64,000 bases of DNA from Eledone cirrhosa (taxonomy: Eukaryota), in contig OZ024757.1 of NCBI GenBank assembly GCA_964016885.1, positions 11,904,001 through 11,968,000 on the forward strand, read 5' to 3'. The notes beneath the pieces are model-generated. The model did no database searches. It worked only from the letters and a program-made list of their open reading frames with translations, and was not told where the DNA came from. Each line of letters opens with the position of its first letter. Position 1 is the stretch's first letter. Of the stretch, positions 28,950 through 40,740 are shown one piece after another. A program made the position numbers and the translations under genes.

Positions 28950-30085
28950 CCTGTCTTAATGTTTATATTGATAGGTAGACCAGGTAATGAAGGTAGTTAG
29001 AGTGAGTTAGGAAACATCATGACAAATTCCCTGGAAGCTAGATATATGGCACAGGGGGGCATACAAACCAAATAGACTTTATCCTCCAGAAAACGGGACA
29101 GGCAAATGGTTGTAATGCCTGTCCTGGGGAAGAATGTACCTCCCAACATAGACTAGTTGTCAGTGACCCTAAAGTAAGGGTTAAGAGGCCCAGTCTAGAG
29201 AAGGAAGAACTGTAACTCTCTGTAAGTAACAAATTCAGAGACATCCTACTATTACATCTAAAACAGTAAGGAAGAGGAGTTAGGGACATATAATATAGAG
29301 GTAAATTAGGAAGTTCTATGGGATAATCTGAGAGGGTTGTATAAGCCATGTATACAGGTGATATCAGTAAGGTTAAAATTAATGACTATAGTGAGGAGTT
29401 TCACTTGCAAGTTGGGTCCATCAAGGCCCTGTCCTTAGCCCTGCTCCAGTTTATTCCCCTGGCTATATCAGAATAATTTAAAACAAGATGCTCTTGGGAA
29501 ATCCAATATGCTGATGATTGAACTATCATAGCTGAATCTATGGCAGAAGTATAGAAAAATTCCTGACCTGCTAGCACAACCTGGAATAAAAATGTATTAA
29601 AGTCAAATTGACAAAGACTAAAGTCCTTGTATGTAGAAAAGAAAACAAAGTCAAGATCTCCTCAGAGAAATGGCCTTACTCAGTGTGTATGTAAAGGGTA
29701 GGTAGAAATTCCACCCTGTGCTAAATGTATACTATGGGGACACAAGAGATGTAGTGAGATATCAAGTAGGCTAGCTAAGTACATAGGTTTTATATCTGGC
29801 CAGGAGCAGTAAGCAGCGAATGCTGACAGGTAACAAGCTCTATTAAATTCTGTGAGAGTTATGTAGAAGCAGTTGATAGCTTCTGTTACCTGGATGACCA
29901 AATTAGAAGTGGTGGTGGGTGTTCTGAAAATACAGCTGCCAGAATGAGAACTGGATGGAGAAAGTTCAGGGAGCTACTGCTGTTAGCTACAAAAGTTGTT
30001 TCCACTCATAATGAAGGACATATTGAATGGATGATCTCTGGAGTTCTGCTGCACTGCAAAAGACCTGCCTTCCTATGTACACAGG
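28950..30085 (+). mobile_element. Highly degenerate, internally deleted RTE LINE
   Basis: Remnants of QIDFIL, EECTSQHRLVVSD, W..QYADD..IIAESMAE and RTGWRKFRELL. Confidence 0.7.
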
Positions 30086-30404
30086 ATAAAGCAGCATCTA
30101 GTGGTTTCTAGTATACACCACCTCTTCCTCTTCCATACTCCTCCCACATCTTAACACTCCACCCTTCACCAGCTAAATACTCCACCCTAGACATACCTCT
30201 CCAATCCCCACCCTACACACATGCACGCCCCATCCCCACCACACTCTCCAAGTCTAATGCACCCCTCTTGACCAACCCATGTATACAAGTGTGGAAAGCT
30301 GACCACACTCTCCTACAATGCTGCTGAAATGGCTAAAAGTTCTCAGTCCACCCTCTAAAGGGGTCATGCTGGTGATAGGAAAAAGTCCCCTAGTCCATCA
30401 TGTT

Positions 30405-30780
30405 AAAAAATCTTTTCTTAATAACAGTAATTTAAATTCACACAAAAGAACACACATTTAAGACAAAAATTTCGATTCTAGAAGTAGCTGGATACAACAC
30501 ATACAATGGAGGGAAACCTTTTAACTGTGAAACATGAGATATCCTTCCTCTGATAATTGTAAACTTATTGTTCACCAACATCAAATGTGAATGTTTGACA
30601 GTTTAACAGACTCCAAACATTGCTTGTCATTCTTTCAAATATATTTTCATTTGAAATTAAAATCTTGCCCATATATATCCCTGTCTTTTTTAATTCTCTT
30701 TTTATCTATGGGAGAAATTTCAGTACTTTTTAGCCAGCAAGATCATTCTCTGTTGTGTGTAATTGAGGGACACTCTGTTC
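30405..30780 (+). pseudogene. Orphan ZNF 3' end and 3'UTR, a direct copy of ~53752-54118
   Basis: AAATCTTTTCTTAATAACAGTAATTTAAATTCACACAAAAGAACACAC... aligns closely with the 53.8-kb sequence. Confidence 0.75.
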
Positions 30781-30844
30781 CAGGATGTAATGCAAAGCCT
30801 TGGCTTGCCTCAAAAATATTTAAAAAGTAACATAAAAGTCCATT

Positions 30845-31420
30845 CAGCTTGACTATTCTCTTTATTGGTAAGTGACCAGGTGGTTGACTGGTTTCCTGAA
30901 GTATGTGTTGCAGATTAAGTTAAGAGCTTCCCAGAACTTCAGAAGCCTAGACCCATCCTCATCTCTTCTTCTGTAACTGTAGCTTCAATGTATGCCAGGG
31001 AATCTCTCCTGATGTTTCCCAACATGTCCATTGAAGTCACCAGCTGTGATCATAAGATCAATGTCATCTGTCATTGAAGTAGTCTGTAGGAGGGCTTCGT
31101 AGAAATGGTCTTTTTGTTCATCAGCAAGCCTAGCTTGTGGGTCATATACTGGTAGTATAGTGGCTGTAGTATTGCCCAAGGTTAGTCTAAGTTTAATTAT
31201 TCTATCACTCTCTCTGACTACCTCAATTACCTGGTCTACTTATCTCTCAGCAAGGAGCATTCCTACTCCGCTCACCCCATTTTTGTTACCTACCCAGAAG
31301 AATTTGTACTGGTGTTCCTTGCCTGTGATGAATCTGAACCACCCCTTCACCTTACTTCTTGCACACATGTATCTAGTCCTCTCCCCTCTAACATATACAC
31401 AATCTCACCACATGTCCCAC
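30845..31420 (-). mobile_element. RTE LINE endonuclease fragment
   Basis: VYDPQARLADEQKDHFYEAL...ITAGDFNGHVG. Confidence 0.8.
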
Positions 31421-31808
31421 ACTGAATCTCCCTGAGAATTATATTAAAGAAACACATGTACATGGAATACTCAGCCATTTATACTATAATACAAGATAGA
31501 CTCTACCATGTCACTGAATTTGTCATGCTGAATCTCCCTGAGAATTATGTTAAGAAAACTTGTTGGGAATACTCAGCCACTTGCATATTAATTTCATTAG
31601 CATGTTTAGTTAATCTGAAAACTGGAACACTCACCGTAGAAACTGAAGGAGGTCCATTAACATTTTATACTCTATCACAAGACAGCAACCTAGTGCTGAA
31701 TATATCACCAAAACTGACCATCACTGCTGAATCTAATTAGTCTAATCCTTTGTCTTGTTAAATTAATGTTTCATTTATGAGAGAAATTTCAGTGTTTCTT
31801 GGTTATTA

Positions 31809-32348
31809 CCCCACATTTCATATTGGAACAAACAATACCTCAACCTATACCTAACTGTAACCCTAACCCCACATATTGAGACAAACAATACCTCAACCTA
31901 TACCTAACTGTAACCCTAACCCCACATATTGGAACAAACAATACTTCAGCATATACCTAACTGTAACTCTGGCCCTAACCCCACATATTGAGACAAACAA
32001 TACCTCAACCTATACCTAACTGTAAACCTAACCCTGGCCCTAACCCCACATATTGAAACAAACAATACCTCAACCTATACCTAACTGTAACCCTAACCCT
32101 GGCCCTAACTCCACATATTGGAACAAACAATACCTCAACCTATACCTAACTGTAACCCTAACCCTGGCCCTAACCCCACATATTGGAACAAACAATACCT
32201 CAACCTATACCTAACTGTAACCCTAACCCTGGCCCTAACCCCACATATTGGAACAAACAATACCTCAACCTATACCTAACTGTAACCCTAACCCTGGCCC
32301 TAACCCCACATATTGGAACAAACAATACCTCAACCTATACCTAACTGT
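31809..32348. repeat. 53-65-bp minisatellite (~9 units) containing telomere-type CCCTAA motifs
   Basis: Unit CCCCACATATTGGAACAAACAATACCTCAACCTATACCTAACTGTAACCCTAACCCTGGCCCTAA. Confidence 0.95.
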
Positions 32349-32528
32349 ATCTAAATCTCTATTATTAACACCATATGTAATGATATCATCCTGTAAGTAG
32401 TTTTAATACATCTAACACCCATCTAAATCTCTGTTATTAACACCACATGTAATGATATCATCTTTAAAGTAGTTTTAATACATCTAACACCCATCTAAAT
32501 CTGTTATTCACACCATATGTAATGATAT
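32349..32528. repeat. ~72-bp tandem repeat, about 2.5 copies
   Basis: ATCTAAATCTCT.TTATTAACACCA.ATGTAATGATATCATC... recurs. Confidence 0.85.
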
Positions 32529-33354
32529 TTTAGAAGAAGTTAGTTATGTAGAGATATTTAGAAGAGGTTGTTTAGTAGATGTTTGTTCTTCTGGAATTAT
32601 CACTTTAGCAAATAGTATATATTTGTTGATTACAGGCTGGACTCCATGTAACGTAATATAATTAACAACAATGTAGCAAGCAGTGACACTATTTTATCAC
32701 TGCGGAGTAATTTAGTCGTGTTTTGTCACTCACCAGCCCTTAGGGTTGGTGGCGTATGAATACAAAAGATGACTTCCACCCAGCAGTTGCTTCACACCTT
32801 TTTTCAGTTCTAGGTAACAGTTGCTCTTTACATTTTGTTGACACCAGCAACTTACAAATGTCTTTCCCAGTCAAAACACCATCTTTCAAAACTACCCCCC
32901 CAGTTGTGTTTTGGAGTTGTCTAGCAACTCGTAATGGCTTCCCTACTCCTGTCACTTTGCTCTCTAACGATGAGAGTAGTTTCATTATACGGCTTTTAGG
33001 AGAGTTACCGTAACCGACAACTTGGTTCCAAAGTACTTACCATTAAGAGATCTGCTATTACATGTCAGCTTTGTTATACAGGATCTCTGTACCACTTCAC
33101 ACCCTTTGTACATACGTTCACGTCAAGCAAAAATATATCTTTATTATGGTTTGAAGTATGCCTACTGATCTGATCCACAACCATGAAACATAAACACGCA
33201 GCCTTACATTTCTATCTTCTTTAAGGATATAATCTCCGCTACCAATACAGAATACAGCTTAAACTCCTTTCACTAAAAACTTAATTCTTCATAAGATTTG
33301 CACCAATATAGAATATTTTTGGGGAAAATACAGTATTAATGTTGTCATCACTTG

Positions 33355-34090
33355 TGGCTCACCTTACTGAGGTGTCATGTGATGTCTGTGAGGGTACCTG
33401 GTTATTTCAGTAACTTAACCTCACCTTACTGAGGTGTCAGGTGATGTCTGTGAGGGTACTTGGTTATTTCAGTACCTTAGCCTCACCTTACTGAGGTGTC
33501 ATGTGATGTCTGCGAGGGTACCTGGTTATTTCACTACCTTAGCCTCACCTTACTGAGGTGTCAGGTGAGGGTACCTGGTTATTTCAGTACCTTAGCCTCA
33601 CCTTACTGGGGTGTCAGGTGATGTCTGTGAAGGTACCTGGTTATTTCACTACCTTAGCCTCACCTTACTGAGGTGTCAGGTGAGGGTACTTGGTTATTTC
33701 AGTACCTTAGCCTCACCTTACTGAGGTGTCAGGTGAGGATACCTGGTTATTTCACTGCCTTAGCCTCACCTTCCTGAGGTGTCAGGTGAGAGTACCTGGT
33801 TATTTCACTACCTTAGCCTCACCTTACTGGGGTGTCAGGTGAGGGTACCTGGTTATTTTAGTACCTTAGCCTCACCTTACTGAGGTGTCAGGTGAGGGTA
33901 CCTGGTTATTTCATGCCATAACCCGTGGTAATGTTGCCAGTGTGTTGGCTTGCCTCAAAGTGTGGTGTTAACCCCTAAGGTGTGAGGTGCAGGTAATTGT
34001 CACACCTGGTGGTGAATTGCCCCTCCCCTCCTTTTTTTCTTTCCTTTATCATTATGGTTCAATAAATTATATTATTATATTTTTATACAC
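33355..34090. repeat. Inverted paralog of the 53-bp minisatellite (~10 units) plus its unique flank (matches ~17010-17185)
   Basis: Reverse-complement units GAGGGTACCTGGTTATTTCAGTACCTTAGCCTCACCTTACTG, followed by the same flank. Confidence 0.92.
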
Positions 34091-34149
34091 GGCTTAGACA
34101 TTATATTTGTAATGTTTTTCTAAACGAATTACGAGCAATTTATGTTTTT

Positions 34150-34420
34150 TTACACATCTGTAATGTTATTTATGTATATATATATATATATACAAAATAT
34201 CTTTAATGTTATTTATGTATATATATATATATATACAACATATCTGTAATGTTATTTATATATATATATATATATAACATATCTGTAATGTTATTTATGT
34301 ATATATATATATATATATAACATATCTGTAATGTTATTTATATATATATATATATACAACATATCTCTAATGTTATTTATGTATATATATATATATATAC
34401 AACATATCTGTAATGTTATT

Positions 34421-34456
<36 letters not shown>

Positions 34457-34928
34457 ACATATCTGTAATGTTGGCTTAGTGGTTAGAGCATTGGCCTTGC
34501 AATCGAAAGGTTGTGAGTTCAATTCTCAGACCGGGTGATGTGTTGTTTCCTTGAGCAAGACACTTTATTTCACATTGCTCCAGTTTACACAGTGTAGAAA
34601 TGAGATGACAGCGGTCCCTATCATTCCACTGCAAAGTGGTCGTGGAGGTGCCACGGCAAAAAAGCACCCAGCACTCACTGTAAATGAGGTTGGTGTTAGG
34701 AAGGGCATCCAGCTGTAGAAATCAAGCCAGAATCAGTTTCCGTCCTACCCTTGCAAGCATGGAAAAAGCGGACGTAAAATGAAATGATGAAATGATGATG
34801 ATATAACATATCTGTAATGTTATATATATATATATATATAAAACATATCTGTAATGTTATTTATATATATATATATATACAACATATCTGTAATGTTATT
34901 TATATATATATAAAACATATATGTAATG

Positions 34929-34964
<36 letters not shown>

Positions 34965-35252
34965 CATATTTGTGATGTTATTTATATATATATAACATAT
35001 ATGTAATGTTATTTATATATATATATATAACATATATGTAATGTTATTTATATATATACATATATATATATATAAACATATCTGTAATGTTATTTATATA
35101 TATATAAAACATATGTGTAATGTTATTTATATATATATATAAAAACATATCTGTAATGTTATTTATATAGATATATATATTTATATATATATATATATAT
35201 ATAACATATCTGTAATGTTATTTATATATATATATATAAAACATATGTAATG

Positions 35253-35321
<69 letters not shown>

Positions 35322-35352
35322 CATATATATAAAACATATCTGTAATGTTATT
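34150..35352. repeat. Compound satellite: ACATATCTGTAATGTTATTTAT core alternating with variable (TA)n
   Basis: More than 20 cores visible; interrupted by a SINE at 34473. Confidence 0.92.
34473..34801 (+). mobile_element. tRNA-derived SINE, family B, with an RTE-type 3' tail (copies 37063-37397(+) and ~61980-62298(-))
   Basis: A box TGGCTTAGTGG, B box GAGTTCAATTC, central CCTTGAGCAAGACACTT. The tail GTTAGGAAGGGCATCCAGCTGTAGAAA...GGACGTAAAATGATG is shared with the local RTE 3' end. Confidence 0.85.
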
Positions 35353-35765
35353 CAATTGAAAATTAAACTTAAAGGTGTAGTAATGCCACAAACGTGGTTC
35401 TATCTTTAAATAATTAGATACTTATTTATATAATTGTAAATACAAGTGCGACAGCACACACATATATATATATACATGCTAGAGTCCCAGAGAACGAGAG
35501 AAGAATGAAGGACAGGTATATGCATGGTAGAAATAGCAGCCAAAGCCCAGCAAAGTACAGAATGAAGAACACACACACTCCCTCTCTCTTTCTCTCTCAC
35601 ACACACACGCGCATATATATTTATGTATGCATGTATATGGATAATGGAATTATGTAATAAAATGAAGATGTACGAATAAAACTGTCTCTCTTATTTATTA
35701 TACTGACACTTCGATTGATACCTTACTGAGAAAATCCTAATCGTAAAGTGCTTTACTATATATAT

Positions 35766-35799
<34 letters not shown>

Positions 35800-35842
35800 T
35801 AATTCAAAATATTAACAAAATAGACATTCATGGGATCAAGTA

Positions 35843-35909
35843 TATTTTATTATACATATTTCAAAGGTACTGAGCTATCTTCAACAGTACGTCCTCATCA
35901 GATAAAATA
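35843..35909 (-). ncRNA. Putative type I minimal hammerhead ribozyme (left arm of a fold-back cassette)
   Basis: Minus strand: TATTTTAT-CTGATGA-GGACGTACTG...CAGTACCTTT-GAAA-TATGTA-TA-ATAAAATA. Confidence 0.65.
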
Positions 35910-35988
35910 AGATGATGTATGACATACCCTGACATAGTAGATGGTTAAGATTCAGTCATGGTATGTCAGGATATGTCATGCATCATCT

Positions 35989-36055
35989 TATTTTATCTGA
36001 TGAGGAAGTACTGTTGAAGATAGCTCAGTACCTCTGAAATATGTATAATAAAATA
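35989..36055 (+). ncRNA. Putative type I minimal hammerhead ribozyme (right arm)
   Basis: Stem I TATTTTAT/ATAAAATA (8 bp); core CTGATGA at 35997-36003; stem II GTACTG/CAGTAC; GAAA at 36036-36039; near-palindromic stem III TATGTA; cleavage triplet AUA. Confidence 0.7.
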
Positions 36056-36193
36056 TACTTGATCACATGAATGTCTATTTTTGTTAATATGTAGAATTGA
36101 TATTAATAACTCTGGAAAACCATAGCTGTTGAGTACTTCCCATCTATTGTAAAACTCATTCTTTGATTTATTCATTGAACCTTGTTTAATCTT

Positions 36194-36269
<76 letters not shown>

Positions 36270-37428
36270 AAAGGTAAACAGAAATAACAACACAATCGGT
36301 ACAGTATATGGAAGGTATATAATAGGTTAACGCTTGATATAGCAGGAAAAGGGTCTTAACGTTTTGGACGCTAGTCCTTTATCAGAAGAAAGAGTGATAA
36401 ATAAAATAGATATATATATATAGTAAAGCACTTTATGATTAGGAATATATATATATATATAAGTTATTCCGGGTTGAATCAGAGATAACCACAGTAAGTA
36501 AGGTACTCAATACATAGCAGAGTATAAACGTTTTAATATAGAAGAGCTTCTACAGGATGGGGGTTGGGATGGGTGGAGGTCATTGGTTGAATGATTTAAA
36601 GTAAATGGAGTTCATTAAAAGCTAATTCTTTAAACAAAGGCAGGAAGAATACTGTAAACAAAATCATGTTTGGAATACCAATCCTAGTTTATCACTTAGA
36701 CTAACAATGGCTGTAAGACAGGTATCTACAGGATGGGTGGGGTTCAATGGTTTAAAGAAAAGGGAAATTCTTTAAGGCTGAAATAAGGGTGACAAAGGCA
36801 GAAAGGGTTCCATCAATAGATTCAAGTGTTGGGTGCTTCCCCTTATTGTGAAGTTTCTCTTAATATATATTCCAGGTGTCGACAAACACATTCACACACT
36901 CGCCCACTTACACACGTACACACACATACACGCACACACACAACACACATACATAATGGTACATACACACATACACATATACACATATATATACACATAC
37001 ATATAAATATGTGTACATACATATGCACACACACACATATATACATATACATATAACATATATGGAGGCACATGGCTTAGTGGTTAGAGCATTGGCCTTG
37101 CAATCGAAGGATTGTGAGTTCAATTCTCAGACTGGGTGATGTGTTGTTTCCTTGAGCAAGACACTTTATTTCACATTGCTCCAGTTTACTCAGCTGTAGA
37201 AATGATAGGGACTGGGATCCCTATCATTCCACTGCAAAGTGGTCGTGGAGCTACCACGGCAAAAAAGCACCCAGCACTCACTGTAAATGAGGTTGGGGTT
37301 AGGAAGGGCATCCAGCTGTAGAAATCAAGCCAGAATCAGTTCCCGTCTCACCCTTGCAAGCAGGGAAAAGCGGACGTAAAATGATGATGATGATGATATA
37401 TATATATATGTATATATATATACTTATA

Positions 37429-38166
37429 CAGGGTAGACTGGGTGGTATTTCTCATGTCACCAACACAACCACCTTACAGGGTAGACTGGGTGGTATTTCT
37501 CATGTCAACAACACAACCACCTTACAGGGTGGACTGGGTGGTATTTCTCATGTAACCAATACAACCAACTTACAGGGTAGACTGGGTGGTATTTCTCATG
37601 TCACGATAACAACCACCTTACAGGGTAGACTGGGTGGTATTTCTCATGTCACCAACACAACCACCTTACAGGGTGGACTGGGTGGTATTTCTCATGTCAA
37701 CAACACAACCACCTTACAGGGTGGACTGGGTGGTATTTCTCATGTCACCAACACAACCACCTTACAGGGTGGTCTGGGTGGTATTTCTCATGTCACCATC
37801 ACAACCACCTTACAGGGTGGACTGGGTGGTATTTCTCATGTCACCATCACAACCACCTTACAGGGTGGACTGGGTGGTATTTCTCATGAAAACAACATAA
37901 CTACCTTATGGAATGGTCTGGGTGGTATTTCTCATGTTAACATAACCACCTTACAGGGTGGACTGGGTGGTATTTCTCATGTCAACAACACAACCACCTT
38001 ACAGGGTGGACTGGGTGGTATTTCTCATGTCAACAAAATAACCACCTTACAGGGTAGACTGGGTGGTATTTCTCATGTCACCATCACAACCACCTTACAG
38101 GGTAGACTGGGTGGTACTTCTCATGTCAACAACATAACCACCTTATGGAATGGTCTGGGTGGTATT
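37429..38166 (+). repeat. 48-bp minisatellite (15 units plus a partial), open in one frame as QG(G/R)LGGISHVTNTTTL repeats
   Basis: Unit CAGGGTGGACTGGGTGGTATTTCTCATGTCACCAACACAACCACCTTA; the one shorter unit is 45 bp. Confidence 0.95.
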
Positions 38167-38204
38167 GGTGGGGTGGTGCCAGCACAACCTACAATGTCGA
38201 CAAT

Positions 38205-38632
38205 GTAGCATTCAGATCGAAGTTTCTTTTGATTTAATTTAATGAACCATAATCTCTCGGACTCCATTTTAACGGCCATATCAACAGCAAATTGTTGGAA
38301 AAGTCCCAAGAACGGTGTAGATGGTTGAATGAATTGTTCCTTACCATAAATCGGAAAGCGTAGAAATCCATGCAAGTGACAGATTTCCTAAGATGTGCCT
38401 CACCATTGCCTGCCGAATGTTGAGGAATGCCAAACTGGTATCCGTCCTCGCCGTTGACAAATAGCAATGGATACTGGAGTGCATCGTAGGACCTGTGTGT
38501 CTCATTGATACGCTGTAATATACTGTCTCGGTGCTTTAGAATGATATCTCTCTTGTGCTGTTCACCACAAATAACCGCAGCAATCTCATTACATGTTGGT
38601 GCGTTGAACTGACCAGCGTGTTCTCCATGTCA
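38205..38632 (-). mobile_element. Helitron RepHel coding fragment (Helitron_like_N region), frameshifted
   Basis: Manual translation gives HGEHAGQFNAPTCNEIAAVICGEQHKRDIILKHRDSILQRINETHRSYDALQYPLLFVNGEDGY...VTCMDFYAFRFMVR, then after a frameshift LFQQFAVDMAVKMESERLWFIKLNQKKLRSECY. These are hallmark RepHel motifs. Confidence 0.9.
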
Positions 38633-38773
38633 CAACTCATGGCAAAAGATTAGGATATGAACAAAAATTTATTTCGAAGTGTATCATTTAAAAAATGACA
38701 AGCAACTTTTCGAGTCTGTGGAACTTCTAAGAGTTATTTCATGACAATCAGTTTAGATTTGTAAGAGGAAGAG

Positions 38774-39754
38774 CTAGTTAAAATGTTTCCCTCTTGTGTG
38801 TGTTTGTTTGTCTTTATTTAAGTTACTATTCCTAATAAAAGATTTCCCACATATTTCACAGTGGTAAGGTCTTTCACCAGTATGTGATCTTTTATGTACA
38901 ATCAAATTACCACTTTGTACGAAATACTTCCCACATATTTCACAGTAAAAGGGTTTCTCTCCAGTGTGAGTTCGCTTATGTCTAATCAAGTCATTGCCCC
39001 TGACAAAAGATTTCTCACATATTTCACAATGGAAGGGCTTTATTCCAGTGTGGTTATTGAGTATAGCATTCTGAAAGAAAGATTTCCCACATATTTCACA
39101 ATCATAATGCTTTTCTCTACTCTGTGTTCTTTTATGTGCATTGAAATTACTGTTGTATAGAAAATATTTCCCACATATTTCACAATGATATGGTTTCTCT
39201 CCAATGTGTGTTCTTATATGTACAGTTAAATAAATGTTTGTCACAAAAGATTTCCCACATATTTCACAATGATATGGTTTCTCTCCAGTGTGTGTTCTTA
39301 TATGTACAGTTAAATAAATGTTTGTCACAAAAGATTTCCCACATATTTCACAATGATAGGGTTTCTCTCCAGTGTGTGTTCTTTTATGAAGTACAACACT
39401 AAAATGTTCAGCAAAAGCTTTCCCACATATTTCGCAGTGGAAACGTTTTACTCCAATGTGAGTACGTATATGTCTAACAAGATCTGATTTCGAAGTGAAA
39501 GATTTCTCACATATTTGACAGTGATAGGGTTTATCTTTAGTGTGTGTTCTTTTATGTGTAGATAATTCATCTTCTGATGAGAAAGTTTTCCTACAAATCT
39601 CACAGCTATATTCAGGAATATTTCTGTATAGTGATCCTTGTTCAGTACATGTTTCACTAGGTAAAGGTTTCTCACCACTGTATGTCTCTGTAACTCTATC
39701 TATATTGGTAGAAACAGGTGTGGTAGAAATGTCCAAGTGTTTAACGTCCTCCAT
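38774..39754 (-). CDS. C2H2 zinc-finger protein, 326 aa from the conserved Met; 10 finger units, 7 with intact C2H2 ligands
   Basis: Uninterrupted ORF MEDVKHLDISTTPV... with TGEKP linkers. Fingers 4 and 5 are identical; fingers 6, 7 and 10 have lost a His. Confidence 0.85.
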   Translation of the reverse strand: MEDVKHLDISTTPVSTNIDRVTETYSGEKPLPSETCTEQGSLYRNIPEYSCEICRKTFSSEDELSTHKRTHTKDKPYHCQICEKSFTSKSDLVRHIRTHIGVKRFHCEICGKAFAEHFSVVLHKRTHTGEKPYHCEICGKSFVTNIYLTVHIRTHTGEKPYHCEICGKSFVTNIYLTVHIRTHIGEKPYHCEICGKYFLYNSNFNAHKRTQSREKHYDCEICGKSFFQNAILNNHTGIKPFHCEICEKSFVRGNDLIRHKRTHTGEKPFYCEICGKYFVQSGNLIVHKRSHTGERPYHCEICGKSFIRNSNLNKDKQTHTRGKHFN

Positions 39755-40577
39755 AGTAATTCTTAAAGAATTCTTCGCAGTTCTGAAGATATTTGACTGT
39801 GTAAGACAGATGTCGGTATAAGAAAGTGTAAGAGAGAGTGTGTGTTTGTGTCTTAATAAATGAGGATTGTTCACCACGGAGTGTAGTAAAGTACACAATA
39901 TCTGCTATGTTAACAATACAAATAATACGTACTTTATATTTCAAGTCCAAGTGTAAAGTCAGGAAAGACCAGGAAAGCTAATTGTTCAGATGTTGGTGAT
40001 TTAAACCTATTTCTCACTATCCTGTAAAATGTGAAACAACCAAATCACGATGTAGTGTAGTTTCTCATGAAATGAAATATTTAATCATGTAGGAGATGGA
40101 ACACCTACCCTGGAACATGTAGCTCACTCTATGTTATCTACAGAATATTAACTTTCACCTTTACATGAGATAATTGATACACAAGATATAATTAGATTAA
40201 TTAAAGTTATAATTAAGATAGCAGGTACGTGGTGTCGTTGGTAATGTTTCCCCGCTCTTAAATAAAACCGGTGTCATACGTTAAAAGTCCCTGACCTAAT
40301 TTAATACCTTCAGCCAGACCTTCAGTTATATCAATTCACTCCATCAATTGTATCAAACCCCTGGTAAAACAAGCAGCATCACTCAGTGAAATATTTATTA
40401 CGTATCAAGGAGGGAATCTCCTACCTGGTTACTTGACTTGGTAGAAATAGCAGCCAAATATCACTCTCTACTGTCTTACAACAACAAAGACCATATTCTG
40501 CAGTTTACTCTCTCACACACACGTGTATATATATATATATATGAGAATAAACGTGCTGCGTGGTTTCTAATGGGTTA

Positions 40578-40689
40578 CATATGAATAAAGTTAGTCCTTC
40601 ATCAGTGATCTTCCAACCATCATTGGTATTTCATCGGGCGATGAAATACCAATGATGGTTGGAAAATCACTGATGAAGGACTAACTTTA

Positions 40690-40698
<9 letters not shown>
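40578..40698. repeat. ~120-bp near-perfect palindrome carrying CTGATGA on both arms
   Basis: ATATGAATAAAGTTAGTCCTTCATCAGTGAT...CATCG-GG-CGATG...ATCACTGATGAAGGACTAACTTTATTCATAT. Confidence 0.9.

Positions 40699-40740
<42 letters not shown>

Noticed and set aside
31809-32348. True telomere or chromosome end
   Set aside because: The CCCTAA motifs are isolated within a longer unit, and ordinary sequence continues on both sides.
34473-34545. tRNA gene (also 37063-37135 and the family A heads)
   Set aside because: A and B boxes are present but there is no complete cloverleaf, and the sequence continues into a SINE body and LINE-type tail.
34150-35352. Repeat-spacer (CRISPR-like) pattern
   Set aside because: The spacers are only (TA)n of variable length.
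39755-39898. N-terminal extension of the ZNF ORF given in the track (also 18468-18692 and 52684-52767)
   Set aside because: The starts are non-ATG, the extensions differ between paralogs, and one crosses a TA microsatellite. The ME(D/Y)(V/I)K Met is the shared start.
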